Source: Octopus bimaculoides (Eukaryota). From it: 64,000 bases of DNA. The DNA lies in NCBI RefSeq assembly GCF_001194135.2, contig NC_068982.1, positions 126,010,727-126,074,726 on the forward strand, written 5' to 3'. This document shows positions 13,068-27,000 of the stretch, in pieces (position 1 is the stretch's first letter; each line of letters begins with the position of its first letter). The position numbers and the translations under genes are program-made. The notes beneath the pieces are model-generated. The model had not been told where the DNA came from and searched no databases. It worked only from the letters and a program-made list of their open reading frames with translations.

Positions 13068-13224
13068 CATCCAAGTACCAATTTCAAAATCCTTGTTGTC
13101 CCCAATAAAGCAGTTTTCTGAGCATGTTCTACCATCATCACCATCATCACCATCACCATCATCATCATCATTATCATCATCATCATCATCAATCATCATC
13201 ATCATTATTCTGACACGTTTGAAA

Positions 13225-13640
13225 ACATTCAAACGAGGTCATTGCCAGTGCCGCTGGACTGGCTCCTGTGCAGGTGGCACGTAAAAGCACCCACTACACT
13301 CTCGGAGTGGTTAACGTTAGGAAGGGCATCCAGCTGTAGAAACTCTGCCAGATCAGATTGGAGCCTGGTTCACTAGTCCTCAGTCAAATCGTCCAACCCA
13401 TGCTAGCATGGAAAGCGGATGTTAAACGATGATGATGATGATTATTATTAAGGTGACAAACTGGCTGAATTGTTAGCATGCCATGCAAAATGCATACTGG
13501 CATTTTGTCCATCTTTACATTCTGAGTTCAAATTTCATCAAGGTTGACTTGGCCTTTCATCCTTTCAGTGGTCAATGTAATCAACTTAGCCCCCACTCCA
13601 CTTTCCAAAACTTGCTGGCCTTGTGCCAAAATTTGAAACC
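13225..13640 (+). mobile_element. RTE 3'UTR fragment followed by a SINE D copy
   Basis: ggcacgtaaaagcacccactacactctcggagtgg...aggaagggcatccagctgtagaaa...(gat)n, then a D-type head and body. Confidence 0.8.
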
Positions 13641-14219
13641 ATTATTATTATTATTATTATTATATATTTTTATGTTTTTATTCTTTGATAAATGTTTCAT
13701 GACATCAGCTCTCGATTTTATTTTATCTTTTTTAAAACTAACCCTTTGATAAGTAGAACCCTTTAATTTCCTGAACTAAGTAAACCAACTCAATGTGATT
13801 TTACAGCAGTTATGAGTACAAAAGAGCACAAAACATGCAATATTACATCAACAACTTTGCTGTTTTTTTACCTTTTATTCATGCAAATCAGTTTTGTTCA
13901 CACTTGCTTTTCTTAATTGATTAATAGCTGTAATGTCTTAGCCCTTTCCCAAACGAAGATAATAGGAGTGTCAGTGTTTGAGAACAATCATGTAATGAAA
14001 ATTATCAATCCTTGTGTCTGAGTAGGTAAACCAACATACATCTCAGTGTTGTTAGTCCAATTTGTTGACAGATAAGCTAAATAATAGCTTCTGTTGTCAA
14101 TAAGAATTCAGTCAGTTCACTGTTGGATACGTTCTCTTACTGAGCATTTCATCATCAGTGTTTTGGAATGTTCAATAACTTCAGTTCAAAACATGTATTA
14201 TCACTACCTTATAAATATA

Positions 14220-14819
14220 GTGGCACTCTGTTGGTTACAACGATGAGGGTTCCAGTTGATCTGATCAACAGAACAGCCTGCTTGTGAAGTTAACGTGCAA
14301 GTGGCTGAGTGCTCTACTAACATGTGTGCCCTTAACCCATTAGTGTTCGCATTATTCTGCCAAAATTAATGCTTTTTTATCCACATTGTTTTGAACTAAT
14401 CATGCATTATCTTGTAGCTATGAGATTTTGATGAGGTAGCTGTTAAATTTTTAAAACGATATTGTAGGGCTAGTGTGAGAGACCAGATCTGGCCAGTTTC
14501 AACATAAAACAGGCAGAATACTTTTGGCCGGATATGGCCAGTTTAAATTTTTTGAAGGGTTAATGTAGTTCTTGGGGAGATTCAGCGTGACACAGAGTGT
14601 GACAAGGCTGGCCCTTTGAAATACAGGTACGACAGAAACAGGAAGAAAGAGTGAGAGAAAGTTGTGGTGAAAGAGTACAGAAGGGTTCGCCCCCGCCTGC
14701 CGGAGCCTCGTTGAGCGTTAGGTGTTTTCACTCAATAAACACTCACAACACCTGTTCTGAGAATTGAAACTGCGATCCTACAACCGTTGCCCTAACCACT
14801 GGGCCATTGTACCTCCACG
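14220..14819 (-). mobile_element. SINE family C, tail variant 2, carrying a piggyBac-type MITE
   Basis: 11-bp TSD ttataaatata (14209-14219 / 14820-14830); collinear with 58042-58408 apart from the MITE. Confidence 0.9.
14336..14559. mobile_element. piggyBac-type MITE, copy 2
   Basis: TTAA duplicated at 14332-14335 and 14560-14563; CCC...GGG termini; the empty site (single TTAA) is visible in the SINE copy at about 58140. Confidence 0.9.
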
Positions 14820-15078
14820 TTATAAATATAATAAAATTAGAAAACTGAAATAAAATGATGAAACATGTGCATCATTAGTCATTGATTGAAGCAAGTTCTG
14901 TACGTTGTTTGTATAAATGTGTTGATTATGAAAACAGCAAAAATATATAAATCTGGTTTGTGTTGGTCTGAATCTCTGTTTATATTTTCCACCAGTTCCA
15001 AAATTTGTGTCACAATTCTCACTTATATTTCTCTGTGACTTTGTTTCAAAAAGTGATCCACAATCTTCAAATGTATGC

Positions 15079-15120
<42 letters not shown>

Positions 15121-17189
15121 GTGTCCCCGTGTGTCCGTGTGTTTGTTTGCTGATTTAGTTCGTATGTAAGTGCGGCATGAAATAAGATTGCAAGTGGATA
15201 TTCAAACATGAAGCTATTCCGTCTTGTACATTCTGTGACTGGAGGCAAGGCTAAGATAAGAAATATCTTCTGTTTATTATATGAATTATTCAAATTATTA
15301 TTGTTATATGTATTTTATCATTTTTTTTTAACCTGCAACACTTCAAGCTTAGGCCTAATTCAAACACATCTTTCATCCTGCGGTTTCTTTCTGTCCTTTG
15401 TGGTACAACAAAAAGAAATAAATAAAAATTACCGTTTCATATATTATTAGAACTCCTTTCAAAGTAAAATTTAGAAATTGACCTCTCTAATAAAAGCAAG
15501 AAGTAATGCCATTCTACAATTGAAGAAATCATCAACATCATTATTCAATGCCCGTTTTCCATCATAAAGTATGGGAAATTTGATAACTGCCTTTTATTAT
15601 ATTTCAGTTGGCAAAATGTATACCAGTCAACTACAAGGGGATGGGGATTAAATCGATTTTAGCCTCACCAGAATTTGTTTCAGTCATTTGAGATAAACTG
15701 AATGTTTCTTATAGAGAGAACTATTTCAATTATCATTGATATCACAATTGCTTCCTTCATTCTTAATAATTTACGATCTCTAGATAAGTACCTGTCAATT
15801 TTCTGGAATCCTTATGGCAATTATTTTAATTACCAGGTATACCGGTGTCAATTATGAAATATTCATTAACTTCATTGTCTGTAAACCACAGTGTCAAGAC
15901 TTCAATGTTCTGTATAACATGTCAAAATTCCTCCAATTTTTTTTTTCAAAATTTAATTTTTTTTAATACTTTACAGTGATTGAAATTTAAGGTTCAAGGT
16001 TCTTTGGTATCAGTTTAAAATTGATAAAATTTGAATGTTGTTTTTGAATTGAAATAGTTGAAAATTTGAAACTAAAATTTACACTCTAATCAAAATCCAA
16101 TAAATAGCAAATTTGAGAATGAATCAACATTTTTTTTCTTTTAATTGAAATTTGATTTGAGTTCAAGTTTAAATGTCACATCTTCACATCCTCATTCACT
16201 TGAATGCAGTTTAGAAAAGTACTTCAGTTTATTAATTTCAAATTTTAAACAAGAAAAAACAAAATTTTAAATAAAATTTCCCCTACCCAATTTTCCAGAT
16301 CCTATCCATCTTTTTCAGATTTGAAGTTAACACTACCTAATAGAAAGTTAGACTCTTTAGAAAAGCGTAAATGCTACAAATTTCCACTTTTTCTGCTATA
16401 AATATCAGGTTTTGAGTATATCTAATAAATATATCATTATGAATACTAAGGATGAGATGAGAGGGTAATTAACTAAATTTAAAATATTTAGCTTCTGAGT
16501 TCAAATTTCTCTCCAGTGTTGATAAATATGTACATGTATGTACAATTAACTCCAACTTTTCTTATTAATTTTTGACATTGTGTCAATGTAAAAAAAACAA
16601 TCTTTATTTATACTTAAATATTTTAGTACAAAGTTTTTTAATTGTTTATGATTCAAGTATATAAATATACCACATAATAAAGAACAAAGAGCAAAATAAT
16701 CCACAAATACTTTTAAGATAACCCAGACCAAAACATGGTACAATAACTAGTGTAAAAACAATATTCATCATAGAATATACCAATACTTCCTGGACATCTG
16801 CTTATCTTTTCACAAATAAATCTCACTGAACTAAACATGAACATTTCATTGTCTCACACTGAGCAGAGACCATCTGCAATAAGAAGTCCTCAAGATAAAA
16901 GACCATCTAGACATATTGATTCTATGGTAAACTCATCATCATTGTCTAACATCCATTTTCTGTGCTGACATTGGTTGGACAGTTTGACAGGAACTGTCAA
17001 GCTGAAGAACTGCACCAGGCTCTAATTTGACATGGTTTCTGTGGTTAGATGCCCTTTCTAATGCCAACCACTCAATTAGTTATATTCATTGTCATTACAC
17101 ATTTACTACATCTCTATACTGTACTGTAACAAAATAACGAATACTATCCAACCTATTTAGTCTACATATACAAAATACAAAAGACACAT

Positions 17190-17370
17190 ACCATATTTGA
17201 GGCATAAAAGATGCATGGGCATCTTAGATGCACCCCAATGTCACCAGTACATATTCAGGAAAATAGGTTTTTAGTGTGTTAAAGCATGTAATATAGGTCC
17301 AGTTACACATATAGGACCTGAGGTCATTTTTTGAGATATATTTTTTGAAAAAAATGTGTTTTATGTGCTA
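17190..17370 (+). mobile_element. pogo-like MITE family (related copies near 24470-24600, 35570-35710 and 30325-30490 on the minus strand)
   Basis: Shared cacccc...cagtacatattcaggaaaataggtttttagtgt...taggcccaccttcacat motif. Confidence 0.55.
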
Positions 17371-18336
17371 TCAGATGCAGTGCATACAAAAATAGCCACA
17401 GTATCATTAATCATATTAAAATCAAACAAAAAGTGTGCTGAAATGCATACCATCAGAGTTAGGTGCCAAAGAACATCAACTATTGCACTCAGACCATGTG
17501 TACCCTTTCCTCAACCTTTGTAGCCTCTGTCTAAACTTATATGTTGGATTGTAGAGGAAATATGTGTTGGGAGTATGGTTCTCGATTAAACAGATTTTTG
17601 GTGTCTCTGAAGTGCAAGATCTATAGATTGCATACTGTTCTTTCACCAGCTACCTCAATGGTTTTGGTATATTCAATCAGAGCTAACCAAGCCTTAACAG
17701 CCACATTAACTAAGGAAAAATAGGTCACTGTTTAACAGAACTAAAATTGACCCTCGAGCCAAATATTTTCCTTGAAGCCATATCTATCAGTCCTTTGAAT
17801 GGTAAAGTGAAAGTAAATATAAAAAAGATCCTCTGTTTTTAAGCTACATCAAATTCTTTGAAGAAATGAATCAACTTTTTGGTTTGTTTCTTTGTTTTTT
17901 TTTTGTTAATTTGTTTTTTGTTTTGCTTGTTTTTTTCACCAAAGATCTTCTGGACGATCTCTATGCCAAAACCCCAAGATTGAACTGGCTTAATATTATT
18001 AAAAACAAAAATAAAACTTTTGGTGCATCGAAGTATGCTTAACTGAACTTTTATAAGCATGTATAAAACATTGAGAAGTGTGTGGATACTTTTTTTTTTT
18101 TTGTTTTTGTTTTTTCCTATCTGCAATCATTGGTGTGCAACAATAACTATTTAAATATGCACCTTCCAAGAATGACCTCACACACTACTTTGGTTTGCTT
18201 CTCACTAACTACACATCATTACTGGCATACACACTTTTTGAAGCAAGATGCACATGCATGCACCAATATGCACACACTTTCAATATCATAAGCAGCTAGT
18301 TATGCATTTCTCATTCTCCTCCTCTCTCTGTTTCTT

Positions 18337-18394
<58 letters not shown>

Positions 18395-18599
18395 GCATAC
18401 ACATATACCCATATGCACATGCACACATGTACATACATACATACATACATACACATTGATCTGATGGTCAGAATTTATACAACAACAACCAGATACGTTC
18501 ATATACGCGTGAGCACAGGTGCACATGCCTACTGACAAATCTTGACAATGCAAAAACTGTGCATAAACCATCGTAATGAAGGAAAATCAATAACATCCA

Positions 18600-18792
18600 T
18601 TCTATGTTCTATACCAGCATACAATCGATATACACCCACCACCACCACCACCACCACCAATTCTACACACACAGTCTTGTAGCAATGTAAAATCAATAGA
18701 CTTATTTTGTTACACAAATACACGATGTCCACAATACTACTACCACTACCACCACCACCACTGCTGTTGCTGCTGCTGCTACCACTACTACA

Positions 18793-18833
<41 letters not shown>

Positions 18834-19090
18834 AGTTATGACCACTACTATTGCCAATATCACTACTACAATGCTTATTATCTCTACCACCCCGATAACA
18901 TTGGCAAATATTACCACCACTACCACTACTACAAGAATAACAAGAATGATATAATAATAATAATAAAATAATAATAATAATAATAATAATAATACTGCTA
19001 TTACCCTTAATATTATAGCTATAACCTTTACTCTTGCCATTATCACTACCACAATGCTTATTACAGCTACCACCATCACTATCACCACTG

Positions 19091-19130
<40 letters not shown>

Positions 19131-19440
19131 AACTACCCTTCACTGCTGCTACCCTTACTACTATATCTGTAGCCACTGCCATGATCATTGTTACAGCAGT
19201 TATTAACTCTTCTGCTGTCGCACACCTACCACAGTGGTAAATATTGCTACCACCTGCCACCATTACTCTTCCTGTTAGCCCACGTAATAGTTGCTATAAC
19301 TGCCTCTAATTTCATCACTCCTACCCCTGCAGCAATAGCGATCAGTGTTAACAGAATTATAACTTACCTCTGCAACTACCACCTTAACCACTGAGCACCA
19401 TTATCTTACCACTGCTGCTATTGCCGATACCACTGTTGCT
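18600..19440. repeat. Compound (ACT/ACC/AAT/GCT)n simple-repeat tract
   Basis: Trinucleotide runs; source of the poly-S/V/L ORFs. Confidence 0.9.
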
Positions 19441-21590
19441 AAAACTAAGACATGTGTTATCCCAAGTTGCAAATAGCTTCCACCATTACTTCTACTAAGT
19501 TAGATGTTACCCCACCTCTACTGAAATGTATGTTAGCCCTCCACTACAATTGTTATTTCTACAGAGTCATGTAACCCCTCTAAATGCTGTTATACTATTG
19601 ACATACATGTTATCCCTCCACTACTATTTCTATTACTATTGTTGCTACACAAGGCAAATTTTATCCTCACAGAAACTGATATTCAGCTGAGAGAAATACT
19701 ATTCTACTACTATTATTAATGTTTCTACTGAGACATGTTACCCCACCACTGTTACTCTTGTTTCTAATACATGTTACCCCATTATTTTAGCTTGTGTTTA
19801 GTCAAATATTTCCCCATAACTTCTTTACTTCTATTGTTTCTGCTAAGACTTATGTTACCCCTAAAACTGTTATTTCTACAGAGACATGATAGCCCCACCA
19901 ATGCTATCATCATACCATTGTTGTTTCTAGTGAGGCACATGTTACCCCTTCACTACTATTTCTATGACTATTGTTTCTATGTGAGGCAAATGTTACCCCA
20001 CACATGCCCACACAAGTTGATATTAAACTGAAAGAAACATTACTCTACCACTACTATTATTCTTTCTACAGAGACATGTTATCCCACTATTACTATTACA
20101 CTTGCATCTACTGATGCATGTTCCCCAGTCATTATTTTAGCTAGTGCTTAACCAAATGTTTCCCGACAATGTTTTTACTATTATTGTTTCTGCTGAGACT
20201 TATGTTACTCCTCCTCTATAACTGTTATTTCTACAGAAGCATGTTACCCCACCACTCATGCTATTATTATTTCTCCTGGCATAAATGTTTTTCCACCTCT
20301 ACTATTATGTGTTAGCCCACCATTATTTTTGTATGTAGTAAGTCAGATGTTTCCTCACAGCTACTCTGTTACTGTTGCTTCATATAAGACATATGTTGCC
20401 TCTCCATTATAATTATTTTTACAGGGCATGTTACCCCATTACTACTCTCATTACTTTTTCTGACATAAGTATTACCCCCACCTTTACTACTACTACTGCT
20501 ACAGAAGAAAATGTTATCCCCACCACAATTTGTTATTCAACTGAGAGAAATGTTACCCTATGACTACTAGAATTGTTTGTACAGAAATACTTTACCCTAC
20601 CATTATTTTTGCTTGTGCTGAGTCAAATCATTCCCCACTACTACTCTACAATTATTGTTTCTACTGCGATGTATGTTACCCCTCCACTACAACTGTTATT
20701 TCTACTGAGGCATGTTACCCCTCTGTATCTCTGTTGTTTCTAGTGAGGCATGTGTTCCACCTCCACTACTATTACTATTATTTTTTTCTACATGAGACAA
20801 AAGTTATCCCCACACAAATTGATATTCAGCTGAGAGAAACATTATCCCACTACCACTACCATTGCTTATGTTACCCCTCCACTACATCTGTTATTTCTAG
20901 AGAGGTATGTTACCAATGTTGTTATTTCTTGTACTGAGGCAAATGTTATTTCCACACAACTTGTTATTCAATTGAAAACAATGTTCTGTACCATTACTAT
21001 GATTATTTTACTGAGACATGTTACCCCACTACTACCACTGTTGCTTCTACAGAAGCATGTTATCCCATCATTAGTTTTCCTTGTACTGAATTATAAATCT
21101 CTACCTTGCCACTATCACTGTTGTTTCTATTGAGACACATGTTACCCCTAAACTGTAATTGTTATTTTTATAGAGGTATGTTACCCCTACCACTAACACT
21201 GTTGTCTCTGTTGAGATGTTACTCTACTACTACTACTACTACTACAAATGCTATACCTACTACAATTTGTTATTCTACTGAAAGAAATGTAACCCCACCA
21301 CTGCTGCAATTGTTTCCACAGAGGCATGTTACCCCATGTCAGCCATTGTAATTTTTGCTCGTACTGAGTCAAATATTTCCCCACAACAACTCTACCTCTG
21401 TTGCTTTTCCTGAGACATGTTATTTCTCCTCCACAACTGTTATTTCCTACCGAGGCATATTACCCCACTATTGCTCTTATTACTTCTACTTACATCAATG
21501 TTACCCCCCACCATTACCACTGTTGTCTCTACTGAGACATGTATTACCCCTCCCCTACTAGTTTAGTTTCTACTGAGATGAATGTTACTT

Positions 21591-21621
<31 letters not shown>

Positions 21622-23275
21622 GAGACATGTTACCCCACCACAATTTGTTATTGTAATGAGAGAAATATTACTCCACCACTACTACAGTTACTTCAGATGA
21701 AACATTACCCCACCATTATTTTTGCTTCTAATGAGTCAAATGTTGACCCTTCATTACTACTATTGTTTCTACTGGGACAGATGTTACCCTACCACTACTA
21801 CACTGCTATAACAAATGTTACTCCATTTCTGCTACCCTTCTACTGAAATAAATGTTAGCCCATCACTGCTACTGTTACTTCTACTGTTGCATATGTTACC
21901 CCATCAGCATTACTGTTAGTTTAATTGAGGCTAATTTTACCCATCACTACTACTAAAGCCTGTACTGATATGATACATGTTATCCCATTCCAACCACATT
22001 TTCTTTTACCGTGTCAAATGATTCTCCACTATCATCTTTGTTGCTTCTTTGGAGGCAAAAGTTACCCTCTCACTGCTACTTTTTCTACTGAGTGGTGTAT
22101 CAGGTTATCCTACCTCAGCTACTTTTGATTTCTCATGAGGCAAATGTTACCCTGCCACCACTACTGCTGTTATGTATGCAGAGATATGTGCCCCCCCCCC
22201 CCCATATGACTGTTGCTCTACTGAGACATGTTACACAGTCACTTCTGTCACTAGTTCTATTGAGACAAATGTTATCCCACCACTGCCACTGANNNNNNNN
22301 NNCATATGACTGTTGCTCTACTGAGACATGTTACACAGTCACTTCTGTCACTAGTTCTATTGAGACAAATGTTACTCCACCACTACTCCTATTCTGTTGA
22401 GATATGTTTCCCCACCACTTTTGCTCCTAGTTCTATTGAGACAAATGTTATCCCACCACTGCCACTGATTAAGTAGATCTACATCCAAAGGCGTTCCATC
22501 TGTAACTATCCCATTCTTTTTCATATGTGCAGGGATCCCAAAACCATATTACACCATGTGCCCTATTACAAGGCAGTACAGAATAATCCAAGGGTGATTT
22601 GAATGGTATTTCTAGCAAGTCAGACGGCCACTTAAAGGTTTCTTTGTTTTCTCAATATTACTAAAGTACTTTCTGGAAATAACTATACCATGGAACTGAA
22701 ATAATAGTATTGGAATAATAGTATTAGAAATAAATGCAGCAGCACTATGGTAGACATTAAACAGAAATTCTATATTGGTTCTGTGCTACAGTTCCATATG
22801 GTAGTGACTTTAATAGTAATGTTTACGTCAAGTAATAACAATGGTATTGTAGACATGCAAATGAAGGCCCCTCTACAGGGACAGTCAAACCGTTTGAAAT
22901 AGCAGCCACATCTCTTTTTGAATCAGACCCTGCTATCTAAAATTGAGGAAGGACACATTTGATAATATAGTTTGAGATAAATTGTTTGAATAAAATACAG
23001 GATGGTCATGACTGGAATGCTTTTCGTCATAAATCTTCTGATCTCTGGTTAAACAACAATAACAGTCAAAGTACTGAGACATTTTACCCCAACACTACTA
23101 CTGCTACTTCTACTGAGGCATGTTATCCCACTACTGCTATTGCGGCATGTTATCCCACTACTGCTATTGCTTCTACTCAGACATATTATCCCACCACTAC
23201 TATTGCTTGTAGTGAGACATGTTACCCCACCACTACAACTGTTGCTTCTGCTGTGATGTTATCCCACCAATATTG
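19440..23275. repeat. Degenerate ~36-39-bp satellite array with traces of higher-order structure (interrupted about 22480-23075)
   Basis: Recurring tctactgagacatgttaccccaccactactactgttg(c/t)t monomer; variant blocks such as gatattcagctgagagaaa and cattattttagcttgtg recur. Confidence 0.85.
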
Positions 23276-24020
23276 ATGTTAATTGTTATTTCTTTATTGC
23301 CCACAAGGGGCTAGACATAGAGGGGACAAACAAAGGTATTAAGTCAATTACATCGACCCCAGTGCATAACTGGTATTTAATTTATCGACCCCGAAAGGAT
23401 GAAAGGCAAAGTCGACCTCGGCGGAATTTGAACTCAGAACATAACAGCAGACAAAATACCACTAAGCATTTTGCCCAGCGTGCTAATGATTCTGCCAGCT
23501 CGCTGCCTTCATATTGATGTTAATTCTATTGAGGCGGATATCCCCCCCCACTATCACCACCACTACTTTTACCCTTTGCAATACTTTGACTGTTGTTGTT
23601 TAATCCCAGATGAGCCCTGATTTAGAAGATTTATGTTCAAAAGCATTCCAGTCATGACCAACCTGTATTTTATTCAAACAACTTATCTCAAACTATATTA
23701 TCTAACGTGTCCTTTCTCATTTTAAGAAAGCAAGATGTGATTTAAAAGAGACATGACTGTTATTTCAAACAGTTTGAGTGTCCTTGTAGAGGGTTCTTCA
23801 TTTGCTTGTCTACAATAGTTTTGTTATTGCTTGACATAAGCATCACTGTTAAAATCACTACCATATGGAACTGTAGCACAGTACCAATATAGTATTTCTG
23901 TTTAATGTCTACCTTGATGCTGCTGCATTTCTTTTTCTTAGTATTATTCCAATACCGTTCTTCAGTTCTGTGTTGTATTTATTTCCAGAATATACTTTAG
24001 CAATATTGAGCAAACAAAGC
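22641..24020. repeat. Long inverted duplication (arms 22641-23075 and 23580-24020)
   Basis: Arms align as reverse complements over ~435 bp including non-SINE sequence, roughly 75-80% identical by eye. Confidence 0.85.
23285..23510 (-). mobile_element. SINE family D, full length
   Basis: 15-bp TSD atattgatgttaatt (23270-23284 / 23511-23525). Confidence 0.9.
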
Positions 24021-25017
24021 AACTACTGTGGGGTCAGTCGACTTACAAATAGTGACTCTATGTATTATGTATGTATGTCGCCTCATTTAACACTATACCT
24101 GGTATCTTACATACCCTTAGCAGAGTCCACTCTATTGCAAGTATTGGGGCCAGTTCTCCATTTTTAGGGCACATTCCTTCTATCAGTCTCGGAGGCCCTG
24201 TAAAGGGTCATGATAACTGCTCACCCTCCTGATTAAGGTTATACATTCAAACCTCCATCAAATCATCCCTTATTGTCTTGCAAAAGGATCCAGGGTATAA
24301 TGTGGTCTTGGCGGTCTTTGCACATAGGAAAAACAATAGGATGGCCACTGCTGGAATGCTTTTGGTTATAGGTTTGTTAGATTAAGGCTGACCAGGAGCT
24401 AAACAACAATGACAACATTTGCTGCAGGTATAATATGATGATATTAAATACTGATATAACAGAGATGATGTAATTGCTCAGGTATGTCAGGCGCACCCCA
24501 GTTTCAGAACTACATATTCAGGAAAGAAATTTTTACTGTATTAAAACTTATGGTAGGCCCCACTTTGCAAATAAGACCTGAGTTGATCTGTATGAAACAT
24601 TTTGCAGGGTAAGAAGTGTGTCTTAGATACCATCAAATACTGTATCCACATTTTGCACCTTAGCCCATTGATGCCTATTGTTATTGTTAATGTTATTTTG
24701 GTTTGGTTCAGGTTTGGTCTTATTCCTGGTAGGACTTATGTGGGCAACTGGTTACTGTCTGTAACCTCATGTATTCACAACTTTTCAGCAGTCATTCTAG
24801 TGCTTAGAACCCTCCTAATAATCGTTGCTGTCCCTAAGAGATAAACTTTCTACCGAGCATTCTATTCCAATCTCCTTCAGTCACTTGTCTATATCTTTGC
24901 TTACTGTTCCCAACAAACCAATCATTATAAGCATGACCTTTACTATTCTCATGTACCAAATTCTTCCTATTTCAAATTTTAAGGGATTGTGAAATAAGTA
25001 ATAGGATTCTTATTACT

Positions 25018-25230
25018 CAACAAGCTGGCAGAATCATTATCATGCCGGGCAAAATGTGTAGCGACATTTCGTCCGTCTGCACGTTCTGAGTTCAAATTCT
25101 GCCAAGATTGACTTTGCTTTTCATCTTTTCGGGGTCAATGAATTAAGTACCAGTGAAACACTGGGGTCTATGTAATCGACTGGTCCCCTGCCCAGGAATT
25201 TCAGGCCTTGTGCCTTTAGTTGAAAGGATT
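25018..25230 (+). mobile_element. SINE family D
   Basis: D head plus gagttcaaattc B-box plus ctttgcttttcatcttttcggggtc core. Confidence 0.8.
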
Positions 25231-25259
25231 ATTATCAATATTGTTTTTATCATAATGAT

Positions 25260-25830
25260 TTATACACCTCTATACTATTACTACAGCAGGTTTTACTATG
25301 ACTGAATATATCGCCATAATAGTCACTGCAGCTACCAAGACACTCCTACACATTTACCAATACAATCATTAATAATATTACTATGATTGTCTATGTATTA
25401 CCACTACAGTTGCGGTGTCTGTACAAACAACGCTCTAGACATAATTATGATTGTGACCAAAACACCACCACTGTAGTTATTTCTGTGACTGCGATCACAT
25501 CACTTCTATAGTCACTACCTCTACCACATTACTATCATCATGAGACATGGCTATCACTACTATAGACATTACTATGATTATCATTACTGTAGTTTTACTT
25601 TTACCATAATATTATAACCACTGTAAACATTACTGTAATTGTGACCACATCACCACTATAATCACTGTATTTCTATTATAATGCTGTTATCATTATAGAC
25701 GATACTATGACTGACCATGTCATCCTTACAGATGACTACATTTATCACAATACTATCACTACTGTAGACATTGCTATGATTCAGACCATAGTTGGAATCA
25801 TAGTAATGACTATGTGACTATAGTTGTAGT
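25260..25830. repeat. Degenerate ACT/CAT-rich minisatellite
   Basis: Recurring actgtagacattactatgatt(g)tgacc-like motif. Confidence 0.6.
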
Positions 25831-26466
25831 TGTGTAATTAGGAAGTTTGCTTTCTTATTGTATGGTTCCAAGTTCAATCTCACTGCATGTTACATTGGGC
25901 AAATGTTTTCTCTCCGTAACCTTAGTTCAATATAATCCCTATAAGTGAATTGGGCTGACGAAAACTGTGTGAAAGCTTGCCAGGTGTTCTTTGGTGGAGG
26001 ACTCGATCTATTGTCTGGATTAATAATCTGTTGCCTTGGTGGGTGTCTTTATCAGATTCCTTTCTATTTCAAGTGTTTGGACCAGCGTTCAGGTATTTAG
26101 AGCAAGCATTTGTCTGAAGATAATCTATAAGTTGTGTCTTCCCTTCGCCCCTACCAGCTTTGGAAAGCCCCCACAAAGGTTATGAACACTGCCCTTCTTT
26201 CAGTGATTAAGTCATAATGATTTTAATAAATTTAATTACAGTTGTTATCTCTTCCTCCATATTTCCATATTAGCACCATAGACCACATTACTATGGCTAA
26301 GAATATTTCACCACTGCAGATCCTGTTCTATTACTACTACATTTTCTGTATTTTCAATAAACATTTAGTGTTCCTCTAATTATAAACTTTAATTATATAA
26401 CCACTAAATATCTTCCTCTCCTCTCTTGACCACGTAAGTTTCTCCTTCATCTTTAGCCTATTATAT

Positions 26467-26522
<56 letters not shown>

Positions 26523-26536
26523 TCTCNNNNNNNNNN

Positions 26537-26596
<60 letters not shown>

Positions 26597-27000
26597 TGAT
26601 TGCTTTTCCTTATCTTTTAACTATCTTCTACTTCAACATCCTTAACAACACTACTGCTTCACTTCAGATGAGTCAGTCTCTGTGCAGTAGCTTGACCTGA
26701 GAAAAATAGCAGTAAAATTTCCCTCAGATAACATCAAATATCTTAAAACAAAGAAGGACATATTTGATAACATAATCTAAGACATCCCTAAAAAGACCAC
26801 ATGGGGACTGTCTGTGACTATTGATCTTCTCAGTCAGGGCTGACCAGGGGCTAAAGAACAGTAATCCGTGTTTTCTCTTTCACAAACATACACATTCTGT
26901 CTCCTCTAACTTTTACTTAATTACATCTCTGGCAGAAATACCATTTCTTCTGCCCTACCTTGTCTCTCTTAAGTCTCCTGCTGTGAGGAACCCTCTACAT

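Noticed and set aside
12984-13232. Minus-strand ORF with a protein-like C-terminal half
   Set aside because: It starts in a (GAT)n repeat with no pyrimidine-rich acceptor; the plus-strand terminal-exon reading has better signals, though neither is proven.
18529-19394. Long ORFs (up to 244 aa) rich in S/V/L
   Set aside because: Translations of trinucleotide microsatellites; no domain content.
22203-22470. Exact ~90-bp direct duplication either side of a 10-N gap
   Set aside because: Typical unmerged contig overlap or allelic artefact.
19440-23275. Regularly spaced repeat that could be mistaken for a CRISPR array
   Set aside because: Eukaryotic context, degenerate contiguous monomers, no unique spacers and no cas genes.
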